Part shown: piece after piece, positions 1-7,448 of the stretch | Layout of the letters: each line of letters starts with the position of its first letter | Position numbering within the stretch: the stretch's first letter is position 1 | DNA from: a virus | Lineage: Duplodnaviria > Caudoviricetes | IMG/VR virus record: IMGVR_UViG_3300044788_000103 | Coordinates: 1-32,182 of that record | DNA: 32,182 bases | Direction: 5' to 3' (one strand) | Made by a program: the position numbers and the translations under genes | The notes under the pieces: model-generated | The model's database searches: none | The model's input: only the letters and a program-made list of their open reading frames with translations | Told to the model about the DNA's origin: nothing

Positions 1-218
1 GGAAGAGCCCCAGCAGGGCCGCGGCGAGGTCCTCGGGCACCGGCAAGGGCGCGGTCCCGCTGTGGCTCTTCGTCAAGCAGGTCGAGCTGCCCGGGCCCAA
101 GGCCCCCACCAAGCAGTCCGCCTCGCGCCTGGGCTTCTTCGACACGTGGAAGGGCATGGCGCGCGATCGCCGCGTGACCCTGCAGAAGATCGCCCGCGAG
201 CTGAGGAGCTTCACCTGA
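1..218 (+). CDS. 3' end of a probable phage neck/tail-completion protein (partial)
   Basis: Frame 3 is open from the window edge (...GAVPLWLFVKQVELPGPKAPTKQSASRLGFFDTWKG...RSFT*). TGA at 216-218 overlaps the next ATG. Position is just upstream of tail genes. Confidence 0.6.
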   Translation, partial: KSPSRAAARSSGTGKGAVPLWLFVKQVELPGPKAPTKQSASRLGFFDTWKGMARDRRVTLQKIARELRSFT

Positions 219-577
219 TGGCTGCGCTGGCTCTCAGGACCGAGACGACCGGGATCCGCCCGGACTTCGAAGTGTCCTCCATGCACGAGCGGCGCGCGCT
301 GCAGACGCCCGACGAGTCGATGGTCTCGCGCGCGCGGCAGGTCAACCAGCGGCCGCTACGGCGCCTGGACTTCGTCTGGGGGGTCACGAACGGCGGCCAG
401 CGCCAGATCCTCGAGCGCGCGTGGATCGCCGCCAGCGACGTGCGCGCGATGGACTACACCCCGCTGGGATCGCCCGACAACGAGAGCTTCAAGGTCCGAT
501 TCCTCGGCCCGCCAGAGATCGAGCAGTTGAGCGCGAAGGCCTGGCGGATGAGCGCCAGCGTCGAGGAGGTGCTGTAG
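218..577 (+). CDS. Small lambda gpM/Dit-like tail protein
   Basis: ATG at 218 coupled to upstream TGA. 119 aa; RPLRRLDFVW...MDYTP...KVRF...MSASVEEVL follows the gpM-like pattern and resembles the C-terminal domain of 7449-9455. Confidence 0.6.
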   Translation: MAALALRTETTGIRPDFEVSSMHERRALQTPDESMVSRARQVNQRPLRRLDFVWGVTNGGQRQILERAWIAASDVRAMDYTPLGSPDNESFKVRFLGPPEIEQLSAKAWRMSASVEEVL

Positions 578-580
578 GAC

Positions 581-1060
581 ATGCCCGCCGACGACACCGT
601 CCACGACCGGATCATGGCGAACGTGATCGCAAGTCTGGCGACCATCGTCGCTGGCGCGAGCTTCTACACGACCGTCTCGCGCGTGCACGAGATGAAGGGC
701 AACGCCTTCGCCTGCCTCGAGATGCCGGCCGTGATCGTCTCCCACCTCGGCTGCGACGAGAAGTACGGGGCCATCGACCAGGTCGAGTGCAACCTCAAGC
801 TCGCGGTGTCGCTCGTGATGAAGCACGACGAATCGGGCAACTGGCAGCGGGACATCCGCCGCTTCGCGGAGGACGCCAAGAAGCTGCTGCGTACCGACTT
901 CGGCCGCGGCACGTTCGCGGGGAACGCCAACGCGTTCGACACCTATATCGAGGGTGTCGAGGTCGCCAACGAGAACGACGGGTTCCCCGTCGCGCTCGCC
1001 CAGATCAACGTGCGGATCCAGTTCCGCCACAACCTCGACGATCCCACTGTTGCGACCTGA
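581..1060 (+). CDS. Tail terminator protein (putative)
   Basis: 159 aa immediately before the tail tube gene; RIMANVIASLATI...MPAVIV...INVRIQFRHNLDDP is typical of siphophage tail terminators. Confidence 0.7.
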   Translation: MPADDTVHDRIMANVIASLATIVAGASFYTTVSRVHEMKGNAFACLEMPAVIVSHLGCDEKYGAIDQVECNLKLAVSLVMKHDESGNWQRDIRRFAEDAKKLLRTDFGRGTFAGNANAFDTYIEGVEVANENDGFPVALAQINVRIQFRHNLDDPTVAT

Positions 1061-1079
1061 GTCGCGGAGCCACTGAACC

Positions 1080-2570
1080 ATGTCCAGCACACGCCGCAAG
1101 CAACTCTTCTTGTCCGCCGAGCCGCAGCCCGGGGTCACCATCTCGGACGCGCTCCTGTTTGTCGCCGCGAACGGCAAGCTGCAGCCGAAGGATCAGTCGC
1201 TGACCTTCAACCAGGAGCAGTACCAGCGCGAGATCTCGCGCGCGAGCCTCTCCCCTCTCACGTCCATCTCCGGCGTGGTCGAGGCCGAGTCCTCGTTCAC
1301 ACTCGAAGTCGCGGGGACCACGGACTTCAGCAATCCGTTCTGGAGCCTGGTGCTCGAGGCCTGCGGCCTTCGCAGCACCGCGATCTCGACCGCGACCATC
1401 GCCTCGACGTTCGGTGGCACGAGCGGCCAGAAGGTGATCGAACATGGCAGCACTCTCGTTGGCAGCACCGAGAACGCGACGGCGCTCGGCGACCACTGGG
1501 AGGGCCAGTCCCGCATCCGCTACTATGGCGTCACCCCGGACGAGTTCGACAACCCGGAGACGCTCACCGTCACGCTGCCCTCGACCCAGACGGTGATCGC
1601 CACGACCAACGGCGTCGGCGGAGCCGGCGGCTACGCCTGGTTCCCGGTCTCGAGCTCGCAGATCGCGCTCGCGGTCTCGGCGATCCCCGGCGGCGCTCCC
1701 GCCGCTGGCGACCTGTTCAAGGGCACCGTCTCCGGCGCCATTCTGCAGGCGAAGGCCACGATCGCGGCCGCGGCGGCCCAGGCCTTCGAGCTGCTCGACG
1801 GCATCGTCAGCGTCGGCCCCGGCGAGACGCTCACGAACCTCACTGAGGCCGGCAGGGACTGCACCATCGCGGCCTCGGCCGTGGTCAGCCAGACCCGCAT
1901 CCCGACGCTCACCCTCGGCCTCATCGAGGACGGGCGCGCCGTGAAGATGACCGGCGCGCGCGGCACGGTCAGCTTCAGCACCGAGATCGGGAAGCCCGTG
2001 TTCATGAACTTCACGTTCAAGGGCACGCTGGCGAGCATCAGCAACCGTGGCACGGTCCCGGGCGTGACCTACAACACGCTGGTGCCCCCGAAGTTCATGG
2101 GCGCCAAGTTCACCGTGGGCAGCCAGGCGAGCTCCGGCTACCCCGGCTACAACAGCTACGCGAGCGAGCACTCGCCGCGCGTCACGAGCTTCTCGCTCGA
2201 CTACGGCAGCCAGACCTCGGTCCAGCGCGACGCGACGCAGACGAACGGCACCACGGTGGCGTTCCACACGGGCACGCGCCAGGGCAAGGGGCAGTTCAAC
2301 CCCGAGATCCGGCCCGAAGCGAGCTTCCCGCTCGAGTCCCTGTTCCAGGTCGGCGACACGTTCCGGCTGCGCACGTCCTGGGGCACCAACGACGGCAACC
2401 GGTTCCTGCTCACCTGCCCGAGCTGCAAGATCACGGCGATGGGCGCTGGCGACCGCGACGGCTTCGCCACGGACGACGTCTCCTTCGACCTCTCGGGGCT
2501 CGACGTCGCCGGTGCGGAGCGCGAGGACTCGGAGCTGATCTTCATCTACTCGCTCAGGGGTGCCTTCTGA
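1080..2570 (+). CDS. Major tail (tube) protein with internal insertion
   Basis: 496 aa; motifs such as KMTGARGTVSFSTEIGKPVFMNFTFKG and ITAMGAGDRDGFATDDVSF; located between terminator and chaperone genes. Confidence 0.8.
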   Translation: MSSTRRKQLFLSAEPQPGVTISDALLFVAANGKLQPKDQSLTFNQEQYQREISRASLSPLTSISGVVEAESSFTLEVAGTTDFSNPFWSLVLEACGLRSTAISTATIASTFGGTSGQKVIEHGSTLVGSTENATALGDHWEGQSRIRYYGVTPDEFDNPETLTVTLPSTQTVIATTNGVGGAGGYAWFPVSSSQIALAVSAIPGGAPAAGDLFKGTVSGAILQAKATIAAAAAQAFELLDGIVSVGPGETLTNLTEAGRDCTIAASAVVSQTRIPTLTLGLIEDGRAVKMTGARGTVSFSTEIGKPVFMNFTFKGTLASISNRGTVPGVTYNTLVPPKFMGAKFTVGSQASSGYPGYNSYASEHSPRVTSFSLDYGSQTSVQRDATQTNGTTVAFHTGTRQGKGQFNPEIRPEASFPLESLFQVGDTFRLRTSWGTNDGNRFLLTCPSCKITAMGAGDRDGFATDDVSFDLSGLDVAGAEREDSELIFIYSLRGAF

Positions 2571-2597
2571 CCCTGGGTGAGAGCTGACAACAGAACC

Positions 2598-2677
2598 GCC
2601 CGCGCCCCGTCTCGGATACGCACGTCCTGCGTGTCGACGACCGGGTCGCGCCTGCCGGCAGGAGGTTGGGCGCGGGC
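2598..2677 (+). other. Branched RNA stem-loop after the tail tube gene
   Basis: GCCCGCGCCC (2598-2607) pairs perfectly with GGGCGCGGGC (2668-2677) and encloses GATACGCA/TGCGTGTC (2615-2635) and CCTG-CCGG-CAGG (2651-2662). Confidence 0.5.
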
Positions 2678-2722
2678 ACTTCACTTCATCAGGCGACAGG
2701 CGCAGAGAAGCAGGACGAAGAC

Positions 2723-3142
2723 ATGATCGCGATCGACCCCAAGGCGGAGCGCCTCTACGTGCTCGCGCGGGAGCGCAAGCTTCCGCCGGAGCAGCGCAGG
2801 CGCTTCTTCATTCGCTCGCTGACCGCGCGCGAGGAGCACATGGCCATCGACGTCGGGCAAGGCGTGGACGGCGAAGGCAACTCCCGCACGAACGTGGGGA
2901 GCATGCTGTTCTTCATCCTCGGCTGCGGCCTGGCGCGGTGGGAGAACTGTCGGGACGCGGCCGGGCACGAGATCAAGCTCGATCTCGACCCGCGCAGCGG
3001 GAAGGTCTCCGACGAGTCCCTGGCCACCATCACGCTGCAGGACCGCATGGAGGTCGCGCGCGCGATCGAGAGCGGCGCGACCGTGACGGAGGCCGAGCTG
3101 GAACTGTCCGGGCAGCCGTCCAATCAGCCTTCGGGGACGTAG
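2723..3142 (+). CDS. Tail assembly chaperone (gpG-like)
   Basis: ATG at 2723 after a purine-rich RBS; 139 aa between tail tube and tape measure; FFIRSLTAREE...GLARWEN pattern. Confidence 0.75.
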   Translation: MIAIDPKAERLYVLARERKLPPEQRRRFFIRSLTAREEHMAIDVGQGVDGEGNSRTNVGSMLFFILGCGLARWENCRDAAGHEIKLDLDPRSGKVSDESLATITLQDRMEVARAIESGATVTEAELELSGQPSNQPSGT

Positions 3143-3531
3143 CTGCCAGGTGCCCGCTGTGCGTCGAGCCCGAGAACCGCAAGGACTGGGGGTGCGACGC
3201 GCCGGCGTCGGAGGCTGTATTCACCGTGACCTGTCCACGATGCGACGGGGCGGGCGCGGACTGCAAGCGCTGCGCGGGCAGCGGGAAGGCGATGCTCTAC
3301 CGGTGCCCGCGGAAGGTCATCAGCGACGAGGCGCGCGCGCTCATGCGCGCCTACCACGACCTCGAGCGCGGGTTCCTGCCAGCGGCGGGCGCGATGCAGG
3401 ACCAGGTCGCTGGCTTCTCGCGCTGGGTAGGCGTGATCGACGCGGAGCGGAATCAGATCGAGGAGGAGCGTGCGGCACTGCGCCGCGCGCGCGGACGCGG
3501 GCCACTGCGGCCTGAGAGCACTGGAGACTGA
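3100..3531 (+). CDS. gpT-like C-terminal extension of the tail chaperone (probable -1 frameshift product), Cys-rich
   Basis: Open frame, -1 relative to gpG, overlapping its 3' end, with no good start near its 5' end; ends 2 nt before the tape measure ATG; contains GFLPAAGAMQDQ. Start coordinate is approximate. Confidence 0.6.
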   Translation, partial: GTVRAAVQSAFGDVAARCPLCVEPENRKDWGCDAPASEAVFTVTCPRCDGAGADCKRCAGSGKAMLYRCPRKVISDEARALMRAYHDLERGFLPAAGAMQDQVAGFSRWVGVIDAERNQIEEERAALRRARGRGPLRPESTGD

Positions 3532-3533
3532 CC

Positions 3534-6500
3534 ATGGCCGAACAGGGAACCGAGCAGCTCGTCATCGAGGCCGTCCTGAAGGACATGGTCACGGCGCAGG
3601 CCGGGAAGATCGTCACCGCTCTCAAGCAGAGCAACAAGGAGCTCGAGAACGCAGCCAATGCGGGGAACGCGGCCGGCAAGGGGCCGGAGGCGATCTCGAA
3701 GAGCCTGACGAAACTGGTGCCGGTTGCCCGGCGCGCCGGCGGCGAGCTGCTCTCCATGGCCGGGAACATGGGCAAGTTCGGCGGCGTCGCTGTTGGCGCC
3801 CTGCGAGACGCGACGGCGGCACTGACCGAGATGGAAGTGGCCGCTGGCGCGGCGGGCGGGACCCTCGCTGTGATCGGTGTCGCGGCGGGCGTGGTCGCCA
3901 TTGCAGGAACCGCGATGGCAGTCTCGGTGAAGGAGTCCCTCGACTTCTCCAAGGCCATGACAACGGTGCATGTGGCCGCGAATCTGACCAAGGAGGAGAT
4001 GGACGCGGTGGCAGCCGCCGCCCGTCGCTTCCAGCTCGAGGGAGCGGAGTCGGTCGAAGTCGCCAACGCGATGGCCGCTGCGTTCCGCTTCCTGACGCAG
4101 AACGAGCAGCAAGCTGTCGCCGTCGCTGGGAAGGTGCTGGCTGCGTCCAGAGTCGATGTGGGTGGTGGCAACGCGGCCGATCTGACGAAGGGACTCTCCG
4201 ACGCGGCGAAGGCGTTCGGGCTCACCGCTGCTGATACCGACCGCGTCCTCGGGATCCTCTACGCGACATCGCGCAAGACGGGTTCCGGGATGACGGAGGT
4301 CGCGAGCGTGCTGGCTCAGGTTGCGCCGAGCGCGACGGTCGCCAAGGTCAGCCTGGAGGACGTGGCCGCGACGCTGGCTGCCAGTTCGGACAAGGCAGGC
4401 GGCCTCGCCGAGGCGGCTGGAGCACTGTCGCAGTTCATGTCGCAGCTCTCGAAGCCCACGAGCGACCTGTCGGCGAAGCTGCGTGCCTTCGGAGTCGACA
4501 CCTCCGCGGGAGCGGACGGGGTTCGGGATCTCCATTCGATCCTCGCCCAGATCGGCGAGCTAGCCAAGCAGGACGGCGGAATCGTTGATGTGCTGGCCGG
4601 CACGTCGCGCCAAGGGAACAAGGTCTTCGCCAGCGCCAAGGACGACGCATCCGCCTACTTCGATGCCCTGAACGCCATGCGGACCGGCGCGATCGACCTC
4701 GCCAAGAAGGAGGTCGCGATCAGCAAGGAAGAGTCGGCGCAGCTCGCTCGCCTCGGCGGGGCCTACAGCGTCGCGAAGGAGATGATCGGGGATCACTTCC
4801 TGCAAGGTCCGCGCCTGCTGCTCGGACTCTTCACCGGCTCGAGTGACGCCATCGAGCAGGCGGCCAAGAAGACCGAGGTCTTGGATGCGCGGCTGTCGGC
4901 GGTCGTGAAGACCGTGAAGGCCCTCGACCTCGACTCCCCCCTGAAGCGCCAGATCGAGGACCTCGCGACGCGCCTCGGGCCGCTGATGCTCAGCGTGGAG
5001 GTGGACCCCGCGACCAAGAAGACCGTCGAGCAGGACTTGGTCACGCTGCAGGCGGCGCTCGCGAACAAGGCTTCGCTGAAGGCGGGGCAGCTCGACTCCG
5101 GAAGCTCGGCCGCGCTGCAGCGAATCGCACAGCTCAGCGGGGCGATCGAGCAGGCCCAGGCGTTCTCGGCCGACCTGTCCGCCAAGGCCGGAGCCGGTTA
5201 CGCGAAGCAGCGCCTGGAGATCGAGGGTGCGGAGCAGTCTCTCACGCGATCCATCGCCAAGCTCCAGCTCTTCGGGATCAGCGGGACGGGGTTCCTCTCG
5301 CAGGCGCGCGCCGTGATCGCCGAGATGACGCGGGCCGCTGCCGCGCGCAACACCATCGAGCGCATGACGCTCCAGGGCCAGGCCCTGCAGGCTGGACGCC
5401 AGGCCTTGACCTCCGAGATCGAACTCGCGCGCTTGCGCGGGGACACGAACCGTGTGGCCGAGCTCACGCTCCGGATCGACCAGCTCGACGGGAAGGCCAT
5501 CGAGCTGAACGCCGCGCGCGCGCGCGCGGCCAATGTCGAGCAGTACCGCGGCCGCGCCGACCTGCTTGAAATCTCGCAGAGGCTCGTTGAGGCGGCGAGG
5601 GCCGATGCGGAGGCGCAGCGCGAGATCACGCGGATGCAGGCACCGCGTCTGGCTGTCGAGGCCGAGTTGGCGCGCTCTCGGCGCTCCGGCTCCGAGCGTC
5701 TGGACGAGATCCTGAACCAGCGCGCGCTCGACGCGGCGAACGGCGACATGACCAAGATCCACGACTTGATTCTCGAAGTGCGCCGAGACGCCATCGGGAT
5801 TGGCGAGGGCTTCAAGCAGGGCATGGACGAGGCCCTGCGCGTCTACTCGGACTCCGCGAACAGGATGATGGAGGCCAGCCGCGCGCTCTTCGAGTCGATC
5901 CACGACGAGGGATCGCGTTCGTTGTCCGGCCTATTCAAGGGCGAGCTCAGCGGGAAGGACGCGCTGAAGCAGTTCGGCAAGGGAGTCCTCGGCAACGTGA
6001 TCGACTCGGGTTCGAGCCTGATCATGGACAACCTGATGGGAGGGCTGTTCGGCACCGGCCATGGCAAGGACAAGGACAACGTGTCGATCAAGGCGAGGTC
6101 GGTCACGATCCAGACCGGTGCCATCACCGGGGTGGATGACATACTCGGCGGCGGTGCCGGTCCGCTCGGTGGCCTCGGCGGACTCTTCGGCTTCGCGCGC
6201 GGTGGCGTGATCCCCGGCGGGCTCACGAGCTTCGCGGGCGGCGGCGGAGTCACCAACGGACCGCGCATGGCGATGATCGGTGACAACGCCAGCCGCGCGG
6301 AGGCGGTCGTCCCCCTTCCCGGAGCTGGCCGCGGCATCCCGGTCGAGTTCCGCGGCAGGCGGCAGGGCGGCGGCACGGTCATCAACATCAACCCCATGAT
6401 CCAGCTCAGCGCGCACTCGCTCGACCCGAGGGGCGCTGCCGAGGTGGTGATGTCCCAGATGCCGAACATCGAGCGGGCAATCACCTCGGCGCTGGTGCGA

Positions 6501-6548
6501 GGGAGCAATCGCGCGCTGCGCGATGCGGTGCAGGGCGTGGGGCGCTAG
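3534..6548 (+). CDS. Tail tape measure protein
   Basis: 1004 aa, Ala/Gly/Leu-rich helical protein with TP901-type core (VAPSATVAKVSLEDVAATLA) and C-terminal FARGG...GPRMAMIGD...AEAVVPL motif. Confidence 0.95.
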   Translation: MAEQGTEQLVIEAVLKDMVTAQAGKIVTALKQSNKELENAANAGNAAGKGPEAISKSLTKLVPVARRAGGELLSMAGNMGKFGGVAVGALRDATAALTEMEVAAGAAGGTLAVIGVAAGVVAIAGTAMAVSVKESLDFSKAMTTVHVAANLTKEEMDAVAAAARRFQLEGAESVEVANAMAAAFRFLTQNEQQAVAVAGKVLAASRVDVGGGNAADLTKGLSDAAKAFGLTAADTDRVLGILYATSRKTGSGMTEVASVLAQVAPSATVAKVSLEDVAATLAASSDKAGGLAEAAGALSQFMSQLSKPTSDLSAKLRAFGVDTSAGADGVRDLHSILAQIGELAKQDGGIVDVLAGTSRQGNKVFASAKDDASAYFDALNAMRTGAIDLAKKEVAISKEESAQLARLGGAYSVAKEMIGDHFLQGPRLLLGLFTGSSDAIEQAAKKTEVLDARLSAVVKTVKALDLDSPLKRQIEDLATRLGPLMLSVEVDPATKKTVEQDLVTLQAALANKASLKAGQLDSGSSAALQRIAQLSGAIEQAQAFSADLSAKAGAGYAKQRLEIEGAEQSLTRSIAKLQLFGISGTGFLSQARAVIAEMTRAAAARNTIERMTLQGQALQAGRQALTSEIELARLRGDTNRVAELTLRIDQLDGKAIELNAARARAANVEQYRGRADLLEISQRLVEAARADAEAQREITRMQAPRLAVEAELARSRRSGSERLDEILNQRALDAANGDMTKIHDLILEVRRDAIGIGEGFKQGMDEALRVYSDSANRMMEASRALFESIHDEGSRSLSGLFKGELSGKDALKQFGKGVLGNVIDSGSSLIMDNLMGGLFGTGHGKDKDNVSIKARSVTIQTGAITGVDDILGGGAGPLGGLGGLFGFARGGVIPGGLTSFAGGGGVTNGPRMAMIGDNASRAEAVVPLPGAGRGIPVEFRGRRQGGGTVININPMIQLSAHSLDPRGAAEVVMSQMPNIERAITSALVRGSNRALRDAVQGVGR

Positions 6549-6549
6549 C

Positions 6550-6915
6550 TCAGCTCCAAGAGAAGCCCGTCGAGCGCTTCTCGCGGCGCGCGCGCAGTGC
6601 CTCTGGACTGACATCATCCACGCGGAAGGACACCCCTTCCTCGGGCAGATCCGCGAGGCAGAACCTGCACTTCAATGCCTCGTAACGCACGAGTTCGGCG
6701 CAGGTCGGGCACCGGCGTAGCTCGTGATCCGCCAGTCGCTGCAGGTCCACGTTCTTCGTCAGCGGCCTCAGCACGAGGACGAACAGCAGCGCAATCGGTC
6801 CGATCAGGAAGAGGCTCAGGAAGAACCATCCTGCGAAGTTCCGACCTCGAGCGTGTCCTGCGAACCCGCAGAGCATCGAGCAGAGCACACTCGCGATGAG
6901 GCATTCCAGGATCAT
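6550..6915 (-). CDS. Zinc-ribbon membrane protein (moron-like, opposite strand)
   Basis: 121 aa: hydrophobic N-terminus with ARGRNFAGWFFLSLFLIGPIALLFVLVL, then CPTCAELVRYEALKCRFC double CxxC. Confidence 0.8.
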   Translation of the reverse strand: MILECLIASVLCSMLCGFAGHARGRNFAGWFFLSLFLIGPIALLFVLVLRPLTKNVDLQRLADHELRRCPTCAELVRYEALKCRFCLADLPEEGVSFRVDDVSPEALRARREKRSTGFSWS

Positions 6916-7089
6916 CCCGTCTGTGAGGCGACCGGGGGCGATGATGAAGACTACGGGCATGCCACCAACCCTATGCGCACATCTACGATCGTGCAAGTAC
7001 GCGAGGGCGCGGGCGGATGGCCATGCCTCTGGAACGGACGGAGAGGCCGGGCCTGCCATCACCCTGGCTCACGACCCCCCCACCCCCCA

Positions 7090-7367
7090 GCAGGACGGGC
7101 CCGCTAGACGGTGAGGCGGTCTGACCTGCCGCGCCTTGTTTCGCGTCGCGCGCGGCACTTAGCCCCCAACGACGTTGCCGGCTGCCTTCACGGATCGGCC
7201 GGGCTAGCACCCAAGGTTGTTCTCAGCAGCTTCGGGTGACCTTGCTGCTTGAACGCCCGACCCGAAATGGGCAGTATGCCCTCGTCGTTCTCCGCAAGAT
7301 CGATACTGCCGCGGTTCGCCGCGACTTTCAAGAGCCTTCCGATTAGCCCCGGAAGGCTCTTTCTCTT
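7090..7367 (+). ncRNA. Candidate structured non-coding RNA
   Basis: Consecutive helices 7127-7134/7150-7157, 7160-7165/7201-7206, 7225-7230/7244-7249 (loop complementary to 7260-7266), 7270-7277/7303-7310, GCGG-TTCG-CCGC (7311-7322), ending in a terminator hairpin; no convincing ORF. Confidence 0.45.
7330..7367 (+). terminator. Intrinsic terminator-like hairpin
   Basis: AGAGCCTTCCG (7331-7341) / CGGAAGGCTCT (7350-7360) perfect 11-bp stem followed by TTCTCTT. Confidence 0.65.
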
Positions 7368-7388
7368 GGCCTGCACTGGCCACCTTCC

Positions 7389-7405
7389 CTCCCGTAGTAC
7401 GCGAG
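7389..7405. promoter_or_regulatory. Palindromic CGTA-G-TACG box, copy 1
   Basis: CTCCCGTAGTACGCGAG, intergenic, centre 52 nt upstream of the 7449 ATG. Confidence 0.55.
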
Positions 7406-7448
7406 CGCCCTCACGCGCCCGCGCGTGGAACGATGCCCCGCGAGCGGC

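Noticed and set aside
1080-2570. Contractile tail sheath (suggested by the 496-aa length)
   Set aside because: Motifs and position fit a tail tube protein, and the downstream module is lambda-like (M, L, K, I/J) with no baseplate wedge genes.
6896-7114. Small + strand ORF (72 aa) in the moron gap
   Set aside because: No recognisable motif and weak codon bias; it overlaps the likely promoter region of the antisense gene.
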